Shown here: in pieces, positions 35,780 to 47,853 of the stretch
Position numbering within the stretch: the stretch's first letter is position 1
Layout: every line of letters starts with the position of its first letter
Assembly: GCF_017348835.2 (NCBI RefSeq)
Contig: NZ_CP071375.1
From: Escherichia coli
Lineage (GTDB): Bacteria > Pseudomonadota > Gammaproteobacteria > Enterobacterales > Enterobacteriaceae
Direction: 5' to 3' (one strand)
DNA: 64,000 bases
Position numbers and translations under genes: made by a program
The notes under the pieces: model-generated
Database searches by the model: none
What the model was told of the DNA's origin: nothing
What the model saw: only the letters and a program-made list of their open reading frames with translations

Positions 35780-37147
35780 ATGATTAGCGTATTCGATATT
35801 TTCAAAATCGGCATTGGCCCTTCCAGTTCTCATACCGTTGGACCAATGAAAGCGGGTAAACAATTTACCGACGATCTGATTGCCCGTAACCTGCTTAAAG
35901 ACGTGACCCGCGTGGTGGTTGACGTGTACGGCTCGCTCTCTCTGACTGGTAAAGGCCACCACACTGATATCGCCATTATTATGGGCCTGGCGGGTAACCT
36001 GCCGGATACCGTGGATATCGATTCCATCCCTGGTTTTATTCAGGATGTGAATACTCATGGTCGCCTGATGCTGGCAAACGGTCAGCATGAAGTGGAGTTC
36101 CCGGTTGATCAGTGCATGAACTTCCATGCCGACAACCTTTCTCTGCATGAAAACGGTATGCGCATTACCGCGCTGGCGGGTGATAAAGTCGTTTACAGTC
36201 AGACTTACTACTCTATTGGCGGTGGCTTTATCGTTGATGAAGAGCATTTTGGCCAGCAGGATAGCGCACCGGTTGAAGTTCCTTATCCGTACAGTTCAGC
36301 AGCCGATCTGCAAAAACATTGTCAGGAAACCGGGCTGTCACTCTCTGGCCTGATGATGAAAAACGAGCTGGCGCTGCACAGCAAAGAAGAGCTGGAACAG
36401 CACCTGGCGAACGTCTGGGAAGTCATGCGCGGCGGTATTGAGCGCGGTATTTCCACCGAAGGCGTGTTGCCTGGCAAACTGCGCGTTCCACGCCGTGCTG
36501 CGGCACTACGCCGGATGCTGGTCAGCCAGGATAAAACCACCACTGACCCGATGGCGGTTGTTGACTGGATCAACATGTTTGCACTGGCAGTGAACGAAGA
36601 GAACGCCGCTGGCGGTCGCGTGGTGACTGCGCCGACTAACGGTGCGTGCGGGATTATCCCGGCTGTGCTGGCGTACTACGATAAGTTTATCCGCGAAGTG
36701 AACGCTAACTCACTGGCTCGTTACCTGCTGGTAGCCAGCGCCATTGGTTCTCTTTATAAGATGAACGCGTCGATTTCTGGTGCTGAAGTGGGTTGCCAGG
36801 GTGAAGTTGGCGTGGCGTGCTCAATGGCGGCGGCTGGTCTGGCAGAACTATTAGGCGCAAGCCCGGCGCAGGTGTGCATCGCGGCGGAAATCGCCATGGA
36901 GCACAACCTCGGTCTGACGTGTGACCCGGTCGCCGGACAGGTACAGGTGCCATGCATCGAGCGTAACGCCATTGCGGCAGTAAAAGCGGTGAACGCCGCA
37001 CGTATGGCGCTGCGCCGTACCAGCGAGCCGCGCGTCTGCCTCGATAAAGTTATCGAAACCATGTACGAAACAGGTAAAGATATGAACGCCAAGTACCGCG
37101 AAACCTCTCGCGGCGGCCTGGCAATGAAGATCGTTGCCTGCGATTAA
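35780..37147 (+). CDS. sdaB: L-serine dehydratase 2 (Fe-S dependent)
   Basis: 455-aa ORF MISVFDIFKIGIGPSSSHTVGPMKAGKQFTDDL... Confidence 0.97.
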   Translation: MISVFDIFKIGIGPSSSHTVGPMKAGKQFTDDLIARNLLKDVTRVVVDVYGSLSLTGKGHHTDIAIIMGLAGNLPDTVDIDSIPGFIQDVNTHGRLMLANGQHEVEFPVDQCMNFHADNLSLHENGMRITALAGDKVVYSQTYYSIGGGFIVDEEHFGQQDSAPVEVPYPYSSAADLQKHCQETGLSLSGLMMKNELALHSKEELEQHLANVWEVMRGGIERGISTEGVLPGKLRVPRRAAALRRMLVSQDKTTTDPMAVVDWINMFALAVNEENAAGGRVVTAPTNGACGIIPAVLAYYDKFIREVNANSLARYLLVASAIGSLYKMNASISGAEVGCQGEVGVACSMAAAGLAELLGASPAQVCIAAEIAMEHNLGLTCDPVAGQVQVPCIERNAIAAVKAVNAARMALRRTSEPRVCLDKVIETMYETGKDMNAKYRETSRGGLAMKIVACD

Positions 37148-38014
<867 letters not shown>

Positions 38015-38020
38015 CGGCGA

Positions 38021-38050
38021 GCCGGATACGCCGCAAACGTCGTATCCGGC
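38021..38050. repeat. REP-like perfect palindrome between xni and fucO (probable bidirectional terminator)
   Basis: GCCGGATACG-ccgcaaacgt-CGTATCCGGC, 10-bp perfect arms. Confidence 0.7.
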
Positions 38051-38068
38051 ATTATCACATCAGCGCAT

Positions 38069-39217
38069 TTACCAGGCGGTATGGTAAAGCTCTACAATAT
38101 CCTCAAGCGTTGCTTCACGCGGGTTGCCACCGGTACAAACATCATCCAGTGCCGCCTGAGCCAGTGCCGGAATGTCTTCCTTGCGTACACCAACATCACG
38201 CAAATGTGGCGGAATACCGACATCACGGTTGAGAGCAAACACCGCTTCAACAGCGGCATTACGCGCCTCTTCCAGGCTCATACCTTCCACTTTCACGCCC
38301 ATAACGCGCGCGATATCGCGGTACTTCTCACCGGTAAAGTCAGCGTTATAGCGCATGACATGCGGTAACAGGATGGCGTTCGCAACACCGTGTGGAGTGT
38401 TGTAAAACGCGCCCAGTGGATGCGCCATACCATGCACCAACCCTAACCCAACATTCGAGAAGCCCATACCCGCAACATACTGCCCGAGCGCCATTTCTTC
38501 TCCGGCATCCTTATCACCAGCAACCGATCCTCGCAGCGCCCCAGCAATGATTTCAATCGCTTTAATGTGCAGCGCATCAGTTAGCGCCCACGCGCCACGG
38601 GTAATATACCCCTCAATAGCATGAGTGAGCGCATCGACACCCGTCGCAGCTTTCAGCGCTGGAGGCATACCATCCATCATGTCAGCGTCAATAAACGCCA
38701 CCTGCGGGATATCATGCGGATCAACGCAAACAAACTTGCGCCGTTTTTCTTCGTCAGTGATCACGTAGTTAATGGTCACTTCTGCCGCAGTGCCTGCTGT
38801 GGTGGGGATTGCCAGAATCGGTACACTGGGTTTATTGGTCGGGGAAAGTCCTTCCAGGCTACGCACATCGGCAAACTCCGGGTTGTTGCTGATAATGCCA
38901 ATCGCTTTACAAGTATCCTGTGGAGAACCACCACCAATAGCGATCAGATAATCCGCGCCGCTATTCTGGAATACACCGAGCCCTTCTTTGACGACAGTAA
39001 TTGTTGGGTTGGGTACTACGCCGTCATAAATCGCCCATGCCAGCCCTGCAGCATCCATCTTATCGGTCACTTTCGCCACCACGCCGCATTGCACCAGCGT
39101 TTTATCGGTGACGATCAGCGCCTTCTGATAACCACGGCGTTTCACCTCATCGGTTAAAGCCCCAACAGCACCCCGACCAAACCATGCCGTTTCGTTCAGA
39201 ATCATTCTGTTAGCCAT
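38069..39217 (-). CDS. fucO: L-1,2-propanediol oxidoreductase (lactaldehyde reductase, iron-containing ADH)
   Basis: ORF 38069..39220 begins MMANRMILNETAWFGRGAVGAL...; start taken at second Met. Confidence 0.95.
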   Translation of the reverse strand: MANRMILNETAWFGRGAVGALTDEVKRRGYQKALIVTDKTLVQCGVVAKVTDKMDAAGLAWAIYDGVVPNPTITVVKEGLGVFQNSGADYLIAIGGGSPQDTCKAIGIISNNPEFADVRSLEGLSPTNKPSVPILAIPTTAGTAAEVTINYVITDEEKRRKFVCVDPHDIPQVAFIDADMMDGMPPALKAATGVDALTHAIEGYITRGAWALTDALHIKAIEIIAGALRGSVAGDKDAGEEMALGQYVAGMGFSNVGLGLVHGMAHPLGAFYNTPHGVANAILLPHVMRYNADFTGEKYRDIARVMGVKVEGMSLEEARNAAVEAVFALNRDVGIPPHLRDVGVRKEDIPALAQAALDDVCTGGNPREATLEDIVELYHTAW

Positions 39218-39244
39218 CATCCTACTCCTTGTTGCTTTACGAAA

Positions 39245-39892
39245 TTACTCTTCAATCCGTAACCCATAGGTTTTGAATTTCTCCAGCACTACGGCAATTT
39301 CTTCATCGCTCAGCACTGGCACCGGGTCCGTAATCGCCAGGGTCGTCAGGTAAAGTTGCGCCAGCACTTCAACTTCATGCGCCAGCCATAACGCTTTTTC
39401 CAGATTCACCTCACAAGCGATAAGCCCATGATGTTGTAACAAAGTTGCCTTACGATTTTTGAGAGCCAGCGCAACATGTTCAGAAAGTTCGCGTGTTCCA
39501 AAGGTCGCATAAGGCGCGCAAGGAATAGAATTACCGCCAGCCGCCGCAATCATGTAGTGAATAGCGGGGATCGGTCGGTTAAGAATGGAAACTGCTGTGC
39601 AATGAACGGCATGATTGTGAACAACCGCGTTGGCATCCGGTCTGCTTTGATAGGCCGCCATATGGAAACGCCATTCGCTTGAGGGGAGCTTTCCTTCCTC
39701 ATGTTTACCGTTGCCATCAATAAAGACAATATGCGACTCCGTCAGTTTTTCATATGGAATGCCTGTAGGCGTAATCAGCATCCCATCCTGATAACGTACA
39801 CTGACGTTCCCCGCGGTCCCCTGGTTCAGTCCCAGGCGGGTCATTTCCAGGCATGTGTCAATAATCTGACGAGCAAGTTTATTTCGTTCCAT
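39245..39892 (-). CDS. fucA: L-fuculose-phosphate aldolase
   Basis: 215-aa ORF MERNKLARQIIDTCLEMTRLGLNQGTAGNVSVRY... Confidence 0.97.
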   Translation of the reverse strand: MERNKLARQIIDTCLEMTRLGLNQGTAGNVSVRYQDGMLITPTGIPYEKLTESHIVFIDGNGKHEEGKLPSSEWRFHMAAYQSRPDANAVVHNHAVHCTAVSILNRPIPAIHYMIAAAGGNSIPCAPYATFGTRELSEHVALALKNRKATLLQHHGLIACEVNLEKALWLAHEVEVLAQLYLTTLAITDPVPVLSDEEIAVVLEKFKTYGLRIEE

Positions 39893-40080
39893 TAGCTACC
39901 TCTCTCTGATTCAAAACAGGGCAATAATGTTGTTCCTTTCACACTATTGAATTAGCCGTTTAATTACCCAACATCTTCTTCCTGATTAACCAGAAAGAAA
40001 TTCACAAGCTTATATTTTGTGACCTGGTTCAACTAATCACAGTAAATAACTGCAAGTTCTCTTTTTATAACCCCATTAAA

Positions 40081-40176
40081 AATGACCGCTCTTAAAAATA
40101 TTTATCAAAACGGTCATTTTTCTATTCACCTAAGCCAGGAATGACCGTTTTCGGCATAAACAATTAATACGGTCAT
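40081..40176. promoter_or_regulatory. fucAO / fucPIKUR divergent control region: two inverted-repeat pairs of TGACCG / CGGTCA half-sites (candidate FucR operators)
   Basis: AATGACCG at 40081-88 with CGGTCATT at 40111-18; AATGACCG at 40140-47 with CGGTCAT at 40170-76; a fifth TGACCG at 40278-83. Assignment to FucR is inference. Confidence 0.4.
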
Positions 40177-40438
40177 CTGTTTTGTGTTTTTTATGATTTA
40201 TTTTCTGAAACGGGCATGAAATTTCGATTATTAAAGTGATGGTAGTCACATAAAGTCACCTTCCAGCTAATAAGTGTGACCGCCGTCATATTACAGAGCG
40301 TTTTTTATTTGAAAATGAATCCATGAGTTCATTTCAGACAGGCAAATATTCACTGATATGAAGCCCGAACTCGCTGGTTTTGCACTTTTGAAAACATAAC
40401 CGATTACGTGCTTAAGCTTCTGAACCTAAGAGGATGCT

Positions 40439-41755
40439 ATGGGAAACACATCAATACAAACGCAGAGTTACCGTGCGGTAGATAAAGATGCAGGGCAAAG
40501 CAGAAGTTACATTATTCCATTCGCGCTGCTGTGCTCACTGTTTTTTCTTTGGGCGGTAGCCAATAACCTTAACGATATTTTATTACCTCAATTCCAGCAG
40601 GCTTTTACGCTGACAAATTTCCAGGCTGGCCTGATCCAATCGGCCTTTTACTTTGGTTATTTCATTATCCCAATCCCTGCTGGGATATTGATGAAAAAAC
40701 TCAGTTATAAAGCAGGGATTATTACCGGATTATTTTTATATGCCTTGGGCGCTGCATTATTCTGGCCCGCTGCAGAAATAATGAACTACACCTTATTTTT
40801 AGTTGGCCTATTTATTATTGCAGCCGGATTAGGTTGTCTGGAAACTGCCGCAAACCCTTTTGTTACGGTATTAGGGCCGGAAAGCAGTGGTCACTTCCGC
40901 TTAAATCTTGCGCAAACATTTAACTCATTTGGCGCAATTATCGCGGTTGTCTTTGGGCAAAGTCTTATTTTGTCTAACGTGCCACATCAATCGCAAGACG
41001 TTCTCGATAAAATGTCTCCAGAGCAATTGAGTGCGTATAAACACAGCCTGGTATTATCGGTACAGACACCTTATATGATCATCGTGGCTATCGTGTTACT
41101 GGTCGCCCTGCTGATCATGCTGACGAAATTCCCGGCATTGCAGAGTGATAACCACAGTGACGCCAAACAAGGATCGTTCTCCGCATCGCTTTCTCGCCTG
41201 GCGCGTATTCGCCACTGGCGCTGGGCAGTATTAGCGCAATTCTGCTATGTCGGCGCACAAACGGCCTGCTGGAGCTATTTGATTCGCTACGCTGTAGAAG
41301 AAATTCCAGGTATGACTGCAGGCTTTGCCGCTAACTATTTAACCGGAACCATGGTGTGCTTCTTTATTGGTCGTTTCACCGGTACCTGGCTCATCAGTCG
41401 CTTCGCACCACACAAAGTCCTGGCCGCCTACGCATTAATCGCTATGGCACTGTGCCTGATCTCAGCCTTCGCTGGCGGTCATGTGGGCTTAATAGCCCTG
41501 ACTTTATGCAGCGCCTTTATGTCGATTCAGTACCCAACAATCTTCTCGCTGGGCATTAAGAATCTCGGCCAGGACACCAAATACGGTTCGTCCTTCATCG
41601 TTATGACCATTATTGGCGGCGGTATTGTCACTCCGGTCATGGGTTTTGTCAGTGACGCGGCGGGCAACATCCCCACTGCTGAACTGATCCCCGTACTCTG
41701 CTTCGCGGTCATCTTTATCTTTGCCCGTTTCCGTTCTCAAACGGCAACTAACTGA
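40439..41755 (+). CDS. fucP: L-fucose:H+ symporter (MFS)
   Basis: 438-aa ORF MGNTSIQTQSYRAVDKDAGQSRSYIIPFALLCSLFFLWAVANNLNDILLPQFQ... Confidence 0.97.
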   Translation: MGNTSIQTQSYRAVDKDAGQSRSYIIPFALLCSLFFLWAVANNLNDILLPQFQQAFTLTNFQAGLIQSAFYFGYFIIPIPAGILMKKLSYKAGIITGLFLYALGAALFWPAAEIMNYTLFLVGLFIIAAGLGCLETAANPFVTVLGPESSGHFRLNLAQTFNSFGAIIAVVFGQSLILSNVPHQSQDVLDKMSPEQLSAYKHSLVLSVQTPYMIIVAIVLLVALLIMLTKFPALQSDNHSDAKQGSFSASLSRLARIRHWRWAVLAQFCYVGAQTACWSYLIRYAVEEIPGMTAGFAANYLTGTMVCFFIGRFTGTWLISRFAPHKVLAAYALIAMALCLISAFAGGHVGLIALTLCSAFMSIQYPTIFSLGIKNLGQDTKYGSSFIVMTIIGGGIVTPVMGFVSDAAGNIPTAELIPVLCFAVIFIFARFRSQTATN

Positions 41756-41787
41756 ACATATTTTCCGAATAAAGTGAGGAATCTGTA

Positions 41788-43563
41788 ATGAAAAAAATCA
41801 GCTTACCGAAAATTGGTATCCGCCCGGTTATTGACGGTCGTCGCATGGGTGTTCGTGAGTCGCTTGAAGAACAAACAATGAATATGGCGAAAGCCACGGC
41901 CACACTGCTGACCGAGAAACTGCGCCATGCCTGCGGAGCTGCCGTCGAGTGTGTCATTTCCGATACCTGTATCGCGGGTATGGCTGAAGCCGCTGCTTGC
42001 GAAGAAAAATTCAGCAGTCAGAATGTAGGCCTCACCATTACGGTAACGCCTTGCTGGTGCTATGGCAGTGAAACCATCGACATGGATCCAACCCGCCCGA
42101 AGGCCATTTGGGGCTTTAACGGCACTGAACGCCCCGGCGCTGTTTACCTGGCTGCGGCTCTGGCAGCTCACAGCCAGAAAGGCATCCCGGCATTCTCCAT
42201 TTACGGTCATGACGTTCAGGATGCCGATGACACATCGATTCCTGCTGATGTTGAAGAAAAACTGCTGCGCTTTGCCCGCGCCGGTTTGGCCGTCGCCAGC
42301 ATGAAAGGTAAAAGCTATCTGTCGCTGGGCGGCGTTTCGATGGGTATCGCCGGTTCTATTGTTGATCACAACTTCTTTGAATCCTGGCTGGGAATGAAAG
42401 TCCAGGCGGTGGATATGACCGAACTGCGTCGCCGTATCGATCAGAAGATTTACGACGAAGCCGAACTGGAAATGGCACTGGCCTGGGCTGATAAAAACTT
42501 CCGCTATGGCGAAGATGAAAATAACAAACAGTATCAACGTAATGCCGAGCAAAGCCGCGCAGTTCTGCGCGAAAGTTTACTGATGGCGATGTGTATCCGC
42601 GACATGATGCAAGGCAACAGCAAACTGGCCGATATTGGTCGCGTGGAAGAATCACTTGGCTACAACGCCATCGCTGCGGGCTTCCAGGGGCAACGTCACT
42701 GGACCGATCAATATCCCAATGGTGACACCGCCGAAGCGATCCTCAACAGTTCATTTGACTGGAATGGCGTGCGCGAACCCTTTGTCGTGGCGACCGAAAA
42801 CGACAGTCTTAACGGCGTGGCAATGCTAATGGGTCACCAGCTCACCGGCACCGCTCAGGTATTTGCCGATGTGCGTACCTACTGGTCACCAGAAGCAATT
42901 GAGCGTGTAACGGGGCATAAACTGGATGGACTGGCAGAACACGGCATCATCCATTTGATCAACTCCGGTTCTGCTGCGCTGGACGGTTCCTGTAAACAAC
43001 GCGACAGCGAAGGTAACCCGACGATGAAGCCGCACTGGGAAATCTCTCAGCAAGAGGCTGACGCTTGCCTCGCCGCTACCGAATGGTGCCCGGCGATCCA
43101 CGAATACTTCCGTGGCGGCGGTTACTCTTCCCGCTTCCTTACCGAAGGCGGCGTCCCGTTCACCATGACTCGTGTCAACATCATCAAAGGCCTGGGACCG
43201 GTACTGCAAATCGCGGAAGGCTGGAGCGTGGAATTGCCGAAGGATGTGCATGACATCCTCAACAAACGCACCAACTCAACCTGGCCAACCACCTGGTTTG
43301 CACCGCGCCTCACCGGTAAAGGGCCGTTTACGGATGTGTACTCGGTAATGGCGAACTGGGGCGCTAACCATGGGGTTCTGACCATCGGCCACGTTGGCGC
43401 AGACTTTATCACTCTCGCCTCCATGCTGCGTATCCCGGTATGTATGCACAACGTTGAAGAGACCAAAGTGTATCGTCCTTCTGCCTGGGCTGCGCACGGC
43501 ATGGATATTGAAGGCCAGGATTACCGCGCTTGCCAGAACTACGGTCCGTTGTACAAGCGTTAA
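41788..43563 (+). CDS. fucI: L-fucose isomerase
   Basis: 591-aa [38 protein letters not shown]... Confidence 0.97.
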   Translation: MKKISLPKIGIRPVIDGRRMGVRESLEEQTMNMAKATATLLTEKLRHACGAAVECVISDTCIAGMAEAAACEEKFSSQNVGLTITVTPCWCYGSETIDMDPTRPKAIWGFNGTERPGAVYLAAALAAHSQKGIPAFSIYGHDVQDADDTSIPADVEEKLLRFARAGLAVASMKGKSYLSLGGVSMGIAGSIVDHNFFESWLGMKVQAVDMTELRRRIDQKIYDEAELEMALAWADKNFRYGEDENNKQYQRNAEQSRAVLRESLLMAMCIRDMMQGNSKLADIGRVEESLGYNAIAAGFQGQRHWTDQYPNGDTAEAILNSSFDWNGVREPFVVATENDSLNGVAMLMGHQLTGTAQVFADVRTYWSPEAIERVTGHKLDGLAEHGIIHLINSGSAALDGSCKQRDSEGNPTMKPHWEISQQEADACLAATEWCPAIHEYFRGGGYSSRFLTEGGVPFTMTRVNIIKGLGPVLQIAEGWSVELPKDVHDILNKRTNSTWPTTWFAPRLTGKGPFTDVYSVMANWGANHGVLTIGHVGADFITLASMLRIPVCMHNVEETKVYRPSAWAAHGMDIEGQDYRACQNYGPLYKR

Positions 43564-43671
43564 TACATTACTCCCTGATGTGATGCCCGGTCGCTCCGGC
43601 TGCCGGGCCTGAACAAGCAAGAGTGGTTAGCCGGATAAGCAATGTTATCCGGCTATATTGCAGGAGCGATC

Positions 43672-45090
43672 ATGAAACAAGAAGTTATCCTGGTACTCGA
43701 CTGTGGCGCGACCAATGTCAGGGCCATCGCGGTTAATCGGCAGGGAAAAATTGTTGCCCGCGCCTCAACGCCTAATGCCAGCGATATCGCGATGGAAAAC
43801 AACACCTGGCACCAGTGGTCTTTAGACGCCATTTTGCAACGCTTTGCTGATTGCTGTCGGCAAATCAATAGTGAACTGACTGAATGCCACATCCGCGGTA
43901 TCGCCGTCACCACCTTTGGTGTGGATGGCGCTCTGGTAGATAAGCAAGGCAATCTGCTCTATCCGATCATTAGCTGGAAATGTCCGCGAACAGCAGCGGT
44001 TATGGACAATATTGAACGGTTAATCTCCGCACAGCGGTTGCAGGCTATTTCTGGCGTCGGAGCCTTTAGTTTCAATACGTTATATAAGTTGGTGTGGTTG
44101 AAAGAAAATCATCCACAACTGCTGGAACGCGCGCACGCCTGGCTCTTTATTTCGTCGCTGATTAACCACCGTTTAACCGGCGAATTCACTACTGATATCA
44201 CGATGGCCGGAACCAGCCAGATGCTGGATATCCAGCAACGCGATTTCAGTCCGCAAATTTTACAAGCCACCGGTATTCCACGCCGACTCTTCCCTCGTCT
44301 GGTGGAAGCAGGTGAACAGATTGGTACGCTACAGAACAGCGCCGCAGCAATGCTCGGCTTACCCGTTGGCATACCGGTGATTTCCGCAGGTCACGATACC
44401 CAGTTCGCCCTTTTTGGCGCTGGTGCTGAACAAAATGAACCCGTGCTCTCTTCCGGTACATGGGAAATTTTAATGGTTCGCAGCGCCCAGGTTGATACTT
44501 CGCTGTTAAGTCAGTACGCCGGTTCCACCTGCGAACTGGATAGCCAGGCAGGGTTGTATAACCCAGGTATGCAATGGCTGGCATCCGGCGTGCTGGAATG
44601 GGTGAGAAAACTGTTCTGGACGGCTGAAACACCCTGGCAAATGTTGATTGAAGAGGCTCGTCTGATCGCGCCTGGCGCGGATGGCGTAAAAATGCAGTGT
44701 GATTTATTGTCGTGTCAGAACGCTGGCTGGCAAGGAGTGACGCTTAATACCACGCGGGGGCATTTCTATCGCGCGGCGCTGGAAGGGTTAACCGCGCAAT
44801 TACAGCGCAATCTACAGATGCTGGAAAAAATCGGGCACTTTAAAGCCTCTGAATTATTGTTAGTCGGTGGAGGAAGTCGCAACACATTGTGGAATCAGAT
44901 TAAAGCCAATATGCTTGATATTCCGGTAAAAGTTCTCGACGATGCCGAAACGACCGTCGCAGGAGCTGCGCTGTTCGGTTGGTATGGCGTAGGGGAATTT
45001 AACAGCCCGGAAGAAGCCCGTGCACAGATTCATTATCAGTACCGTTATTTCTACCCGCAAACTGAACCTGAATTTATAGAGGAAGTGTGA
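43672..45090 (+). CDS. fucK: L-fuculokinase (FGGY family)
   Basis: ORF 43642..45090; start taken at [21 protein letters not shown]... (472 aa), with a 10-codon upstream extension possible. Confidence 0.9.
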
Positions 45091-45091
45091 A

Positions 45092-45514
45092 ATGCTGAAA
45101 ACAATTTCGCCGTTAATTTCTCCCGAACTATTGAAAGTGCTGGCAGAGATGGGACATGGAGATGAAATTATTTTTTCCGATGCTCACTTTCCCGCCCATT
45201 CGATGGGACCGCAGGTGATCCGCGCTGATGGCCTGTTGGTGAGCGACTTGCTCCAGGCGATTATCCCGTTATTTGAGCTGGACAGTTATGCACCGCCGCT
45301 GGTGATGATGGCGGCGGTAGAAGGTGACACTCTCGATCCTGAAGTAGAACGACGTTACCGTAATGCGCTTTCACTACAAGCCCCGTGTCCTGACATCATC
45401 CGCATCAATCGTTTTGCGTTTTATGAACGGGCGCAAAAAGCCTTTGCGATCGTTATCACAGGCGAACGAGCGAAGTACGGGAATATTCTTTTAAAAAAAG
45501 GGGTAACACCGTAA
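45092..45514 (+). CDS. fucU: L-fucose mutarotase
   Basis: 140-aa [38 protein letters not shown]... Confidence 0.95.
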
Positions 45515-45571
45515 TCTCATACCGGTACGCCCGCATGACGCGGGCGGTTATCGAATGATGGGGTGAAAAAT

Positions 45572-46303
45572 ATGAAAGCGGCACGCCAGCAAGCGATAGT
45601 CGACCTGCTGCTGAACCATACCAGCCTGACCACGGAAGCTCTCTCTGAACAGCTAAAGGTCAGTAAAGAAACCATTCGTCGCGATCTCAATGAATTACAG
45701 ACGCAGGGTAAAATTCTGCGCAATCATGGGCGCGCTAAATATATCCACCGTCAAAATCAAGACAGTGGCGATCCCTTTCACATCCGGCTGAAAAGCCATT
45801 ATGCGCATAAAGCAGATATCGCGCGCGAGGCGCTCGCGTGGATTGAAGAAGGGATGGTGATAACCTTAGACGCCAGTTCAACTTGCTGGTATCTGGCACG
45901 CCAGTTGCCTGACATCAACATTCAGGTCTTCACCAATAGCCATCCGATTTGCCATGAACTCGGTAAACGCGAACGCATTCAACTGATCAGTTCCGGCGGC
46001 ACACTTGAGCGCAAATATGGCTGTTACGTCAATCCCTCGCTGATTTCCCAACTTAAATCGCTGGAAATCGATCTGTTTATTTTTTCTTGTGAAGGGATCG
46101 ATAGCAGCGGCGCACTGTGGGACTCCAATGCCATCAACGCTGATTACAAATCGATGCTATTAAAACGTGCCGCGCAATCGTTGTTATTGATTGATAAAAG
46201 TAAATTTAATCGTTCAGGGGAAGCCCGCATCGGGCATCTGGATGAGGTAACGCACATTATTTCTGATGAGCGCCAGGTTGCAACTTCTTTGGTAACAGCC
46301 TGA
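45572..46303 (+). CDS. fucR: DeoR-family transcriptional activator of the fuc regulon
   Basis: ORF 45563..46303; start at MKAARQQAIVDLLLNHTSLTTEALSEQLKVSKETIRRDL (HTH). Confidence 0.93.
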   Translation: MKAARQQAIVDLLLNHTSLTTEALSEQLKVSKETIRRDLNELQTQGKILRNHGRAKYIHRQNQDSGDPFHIRLKSHYAHKADIAREALAWIEEGMVITLDASSTCWYLARQLPDINIQVFTNSHPICHELGKRERIQLISSGGTLERKYGCYVNPSLISQLKSLEIDLFIFSCEGIDSSGALWDSNAINADYKSMLLKRAAQSLLLIDKSKFNRSGEARIGHLDEVTHIISDERQVATSLVTA

Positions 46304-46346
46304 CGGAAAGGGTAGCAGGCCGGAGACGACGCCCCGGCCTTGCCTG

Positions 46347-47447
46347 TTATCGCTCGTCGCGACGACCACCCACCGCAGCCCAGATGCGGCGGACGTGCAC
46401 CGTCACTTCTTCGCGATCGTGATACAACTGCCGCGCCTGAATCTGAGCATTTATGCCATGTTCATCAAGCTGTGCCTGAATATACGCCAGATTGTGTGAT
46501 ACTTCTTCGTAGCGTTTTTTCATCGGCAGTTTGAGGTTGAAAATGGTTTCACGGCACCAGCCATTAACCAGCCACTGCGCCATCAATGCCGCAACTTTCG
46601 CCGGTTTTTCAACCATATCGCATACCATCCAGGAGATATTGCTGCGTGTCGGACGGAATTTGAACCCGTCTTCCCGTAGCCACGTCACCTGCCCGGTATC
46701 CATCAGACTTTGCGCCATCGGGCCGTTGTCGACGGAATAAACCCACATGTTGCGCTTCACCAGTTGGTAGGTCCAGCCGCCTGGGCAAGCGCCCAAATCC
46801 ACCGCCCACATCCCGTTCGCCAGGCGTTCATCCCACTCATCCGCAGGAATAAACACATGAAATGCCTCTTCCAGTTTGAGCGTGGAACGACTCGGCGCAT
46901 CTGCCGGAAATTTCAGGCGCGGAATGCCCATATAGAACGGCGAATTATTGTTGCTGTATGAGTAACCGGTATAGCAGCAGCCTGGTGCAATGAAGAATAC
47001 ATGCACTACCGGACGCTTCGGCGTTTCATAGTTCGCCAGCACCCCAGCATCGCGCAAGGCAGCGCGTAGCGGCACGGTGAATTTACGGCAGAATTTCAGC
47101 AACTCTTTGCTTTCGTTGGTATCGGCAACTTCAACACGCAGTTCACCGCCCTTCTCTACTACACCCTGTAACATGCCGACAATGGGGGTAATACGATCTT
47201 CTGGCGGCAAATGCTGCAAGAGTTCCCCCACCACAAACCACTGGCGGGCAAAAATTAATGAACTGAACGGCAGCTCACGGATTAACTTATCGCCATCATC
47301 AGGTTGATAACATTCATAAATGACATAACCCGCATTCTCTTTCACGCGGGCAAAACCGAAAATTTCCCGCTGGCCGGCTTTATCGGTAATTTCTGCGGCG
47401 CACTCTTTTTCAAAGCCCGGACGGCACAGCAATACAACCTTATTCAT
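46347..47447 (-). CDS. rlmM: 23S rRNA 2'-O-ribose C2498 methyltransferase
   Basis: 366-aa [38 protein letters not shown]... Confidence 0.93.
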
Positions 47448-47835
47448 GACTTACGCCCTTGCGCTTTAAACGGATAGCACCAACTAACATTAACGCCCAG
47501 CCCGCAAGGAAGCTCACGCCGCCAACCGGAGTGACAAACGCCCACAAACGCAGATGGGACAGTGCCAGGCAATAAAGGCTGCCGCTGAACAGCACCGTGC
47601 CTAACGCGAGGAAAACGCTACTCCAGTAAAACCAGATACTGATGCGACGCTGCATTGCCACCGCCAGACCTAAGATCGCCAGCGTATGAAACGCCTGGTA
47701 TTCGAGACCGGTCTGGATCCAGCCCATCTCAACGGCCCCCATGGTTTTACTTAACACATGCGCGCCAAAAGCGCCCAGTGCCACAAAAATGAAGCCGCTA
47801 ATGGCGGCGAAAATCAGCATAAAACGGCTGGTCAT
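47440..47835 (-). CDS. ygdD: DUF423 inner-membrane protein
   Basis: 131-aa hydrophobic [31 protein letters not shown]...; overlaps rlmM start by 8 nt. Confidence 0.85.
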
Positions 47836-47853
47836 GGTCGTACCCTACGTAAA

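Noticed and set aside
34406-36247. 613-aa minus-strand ORF spanning the sdaC-sdaB region
   Set aside because: Antisense to two well-conserved genes and crosses their intergenic region; composition is His/Arg/Gln/Cys-rich and low-complexity, typical of the reverse frame of biased coding sequence, with no recognisable domain.
41803-42552. 249-aa minus-strand ORF antisense to fucI
   Set aside because: Embedded antisense in L-fucose isomerase.
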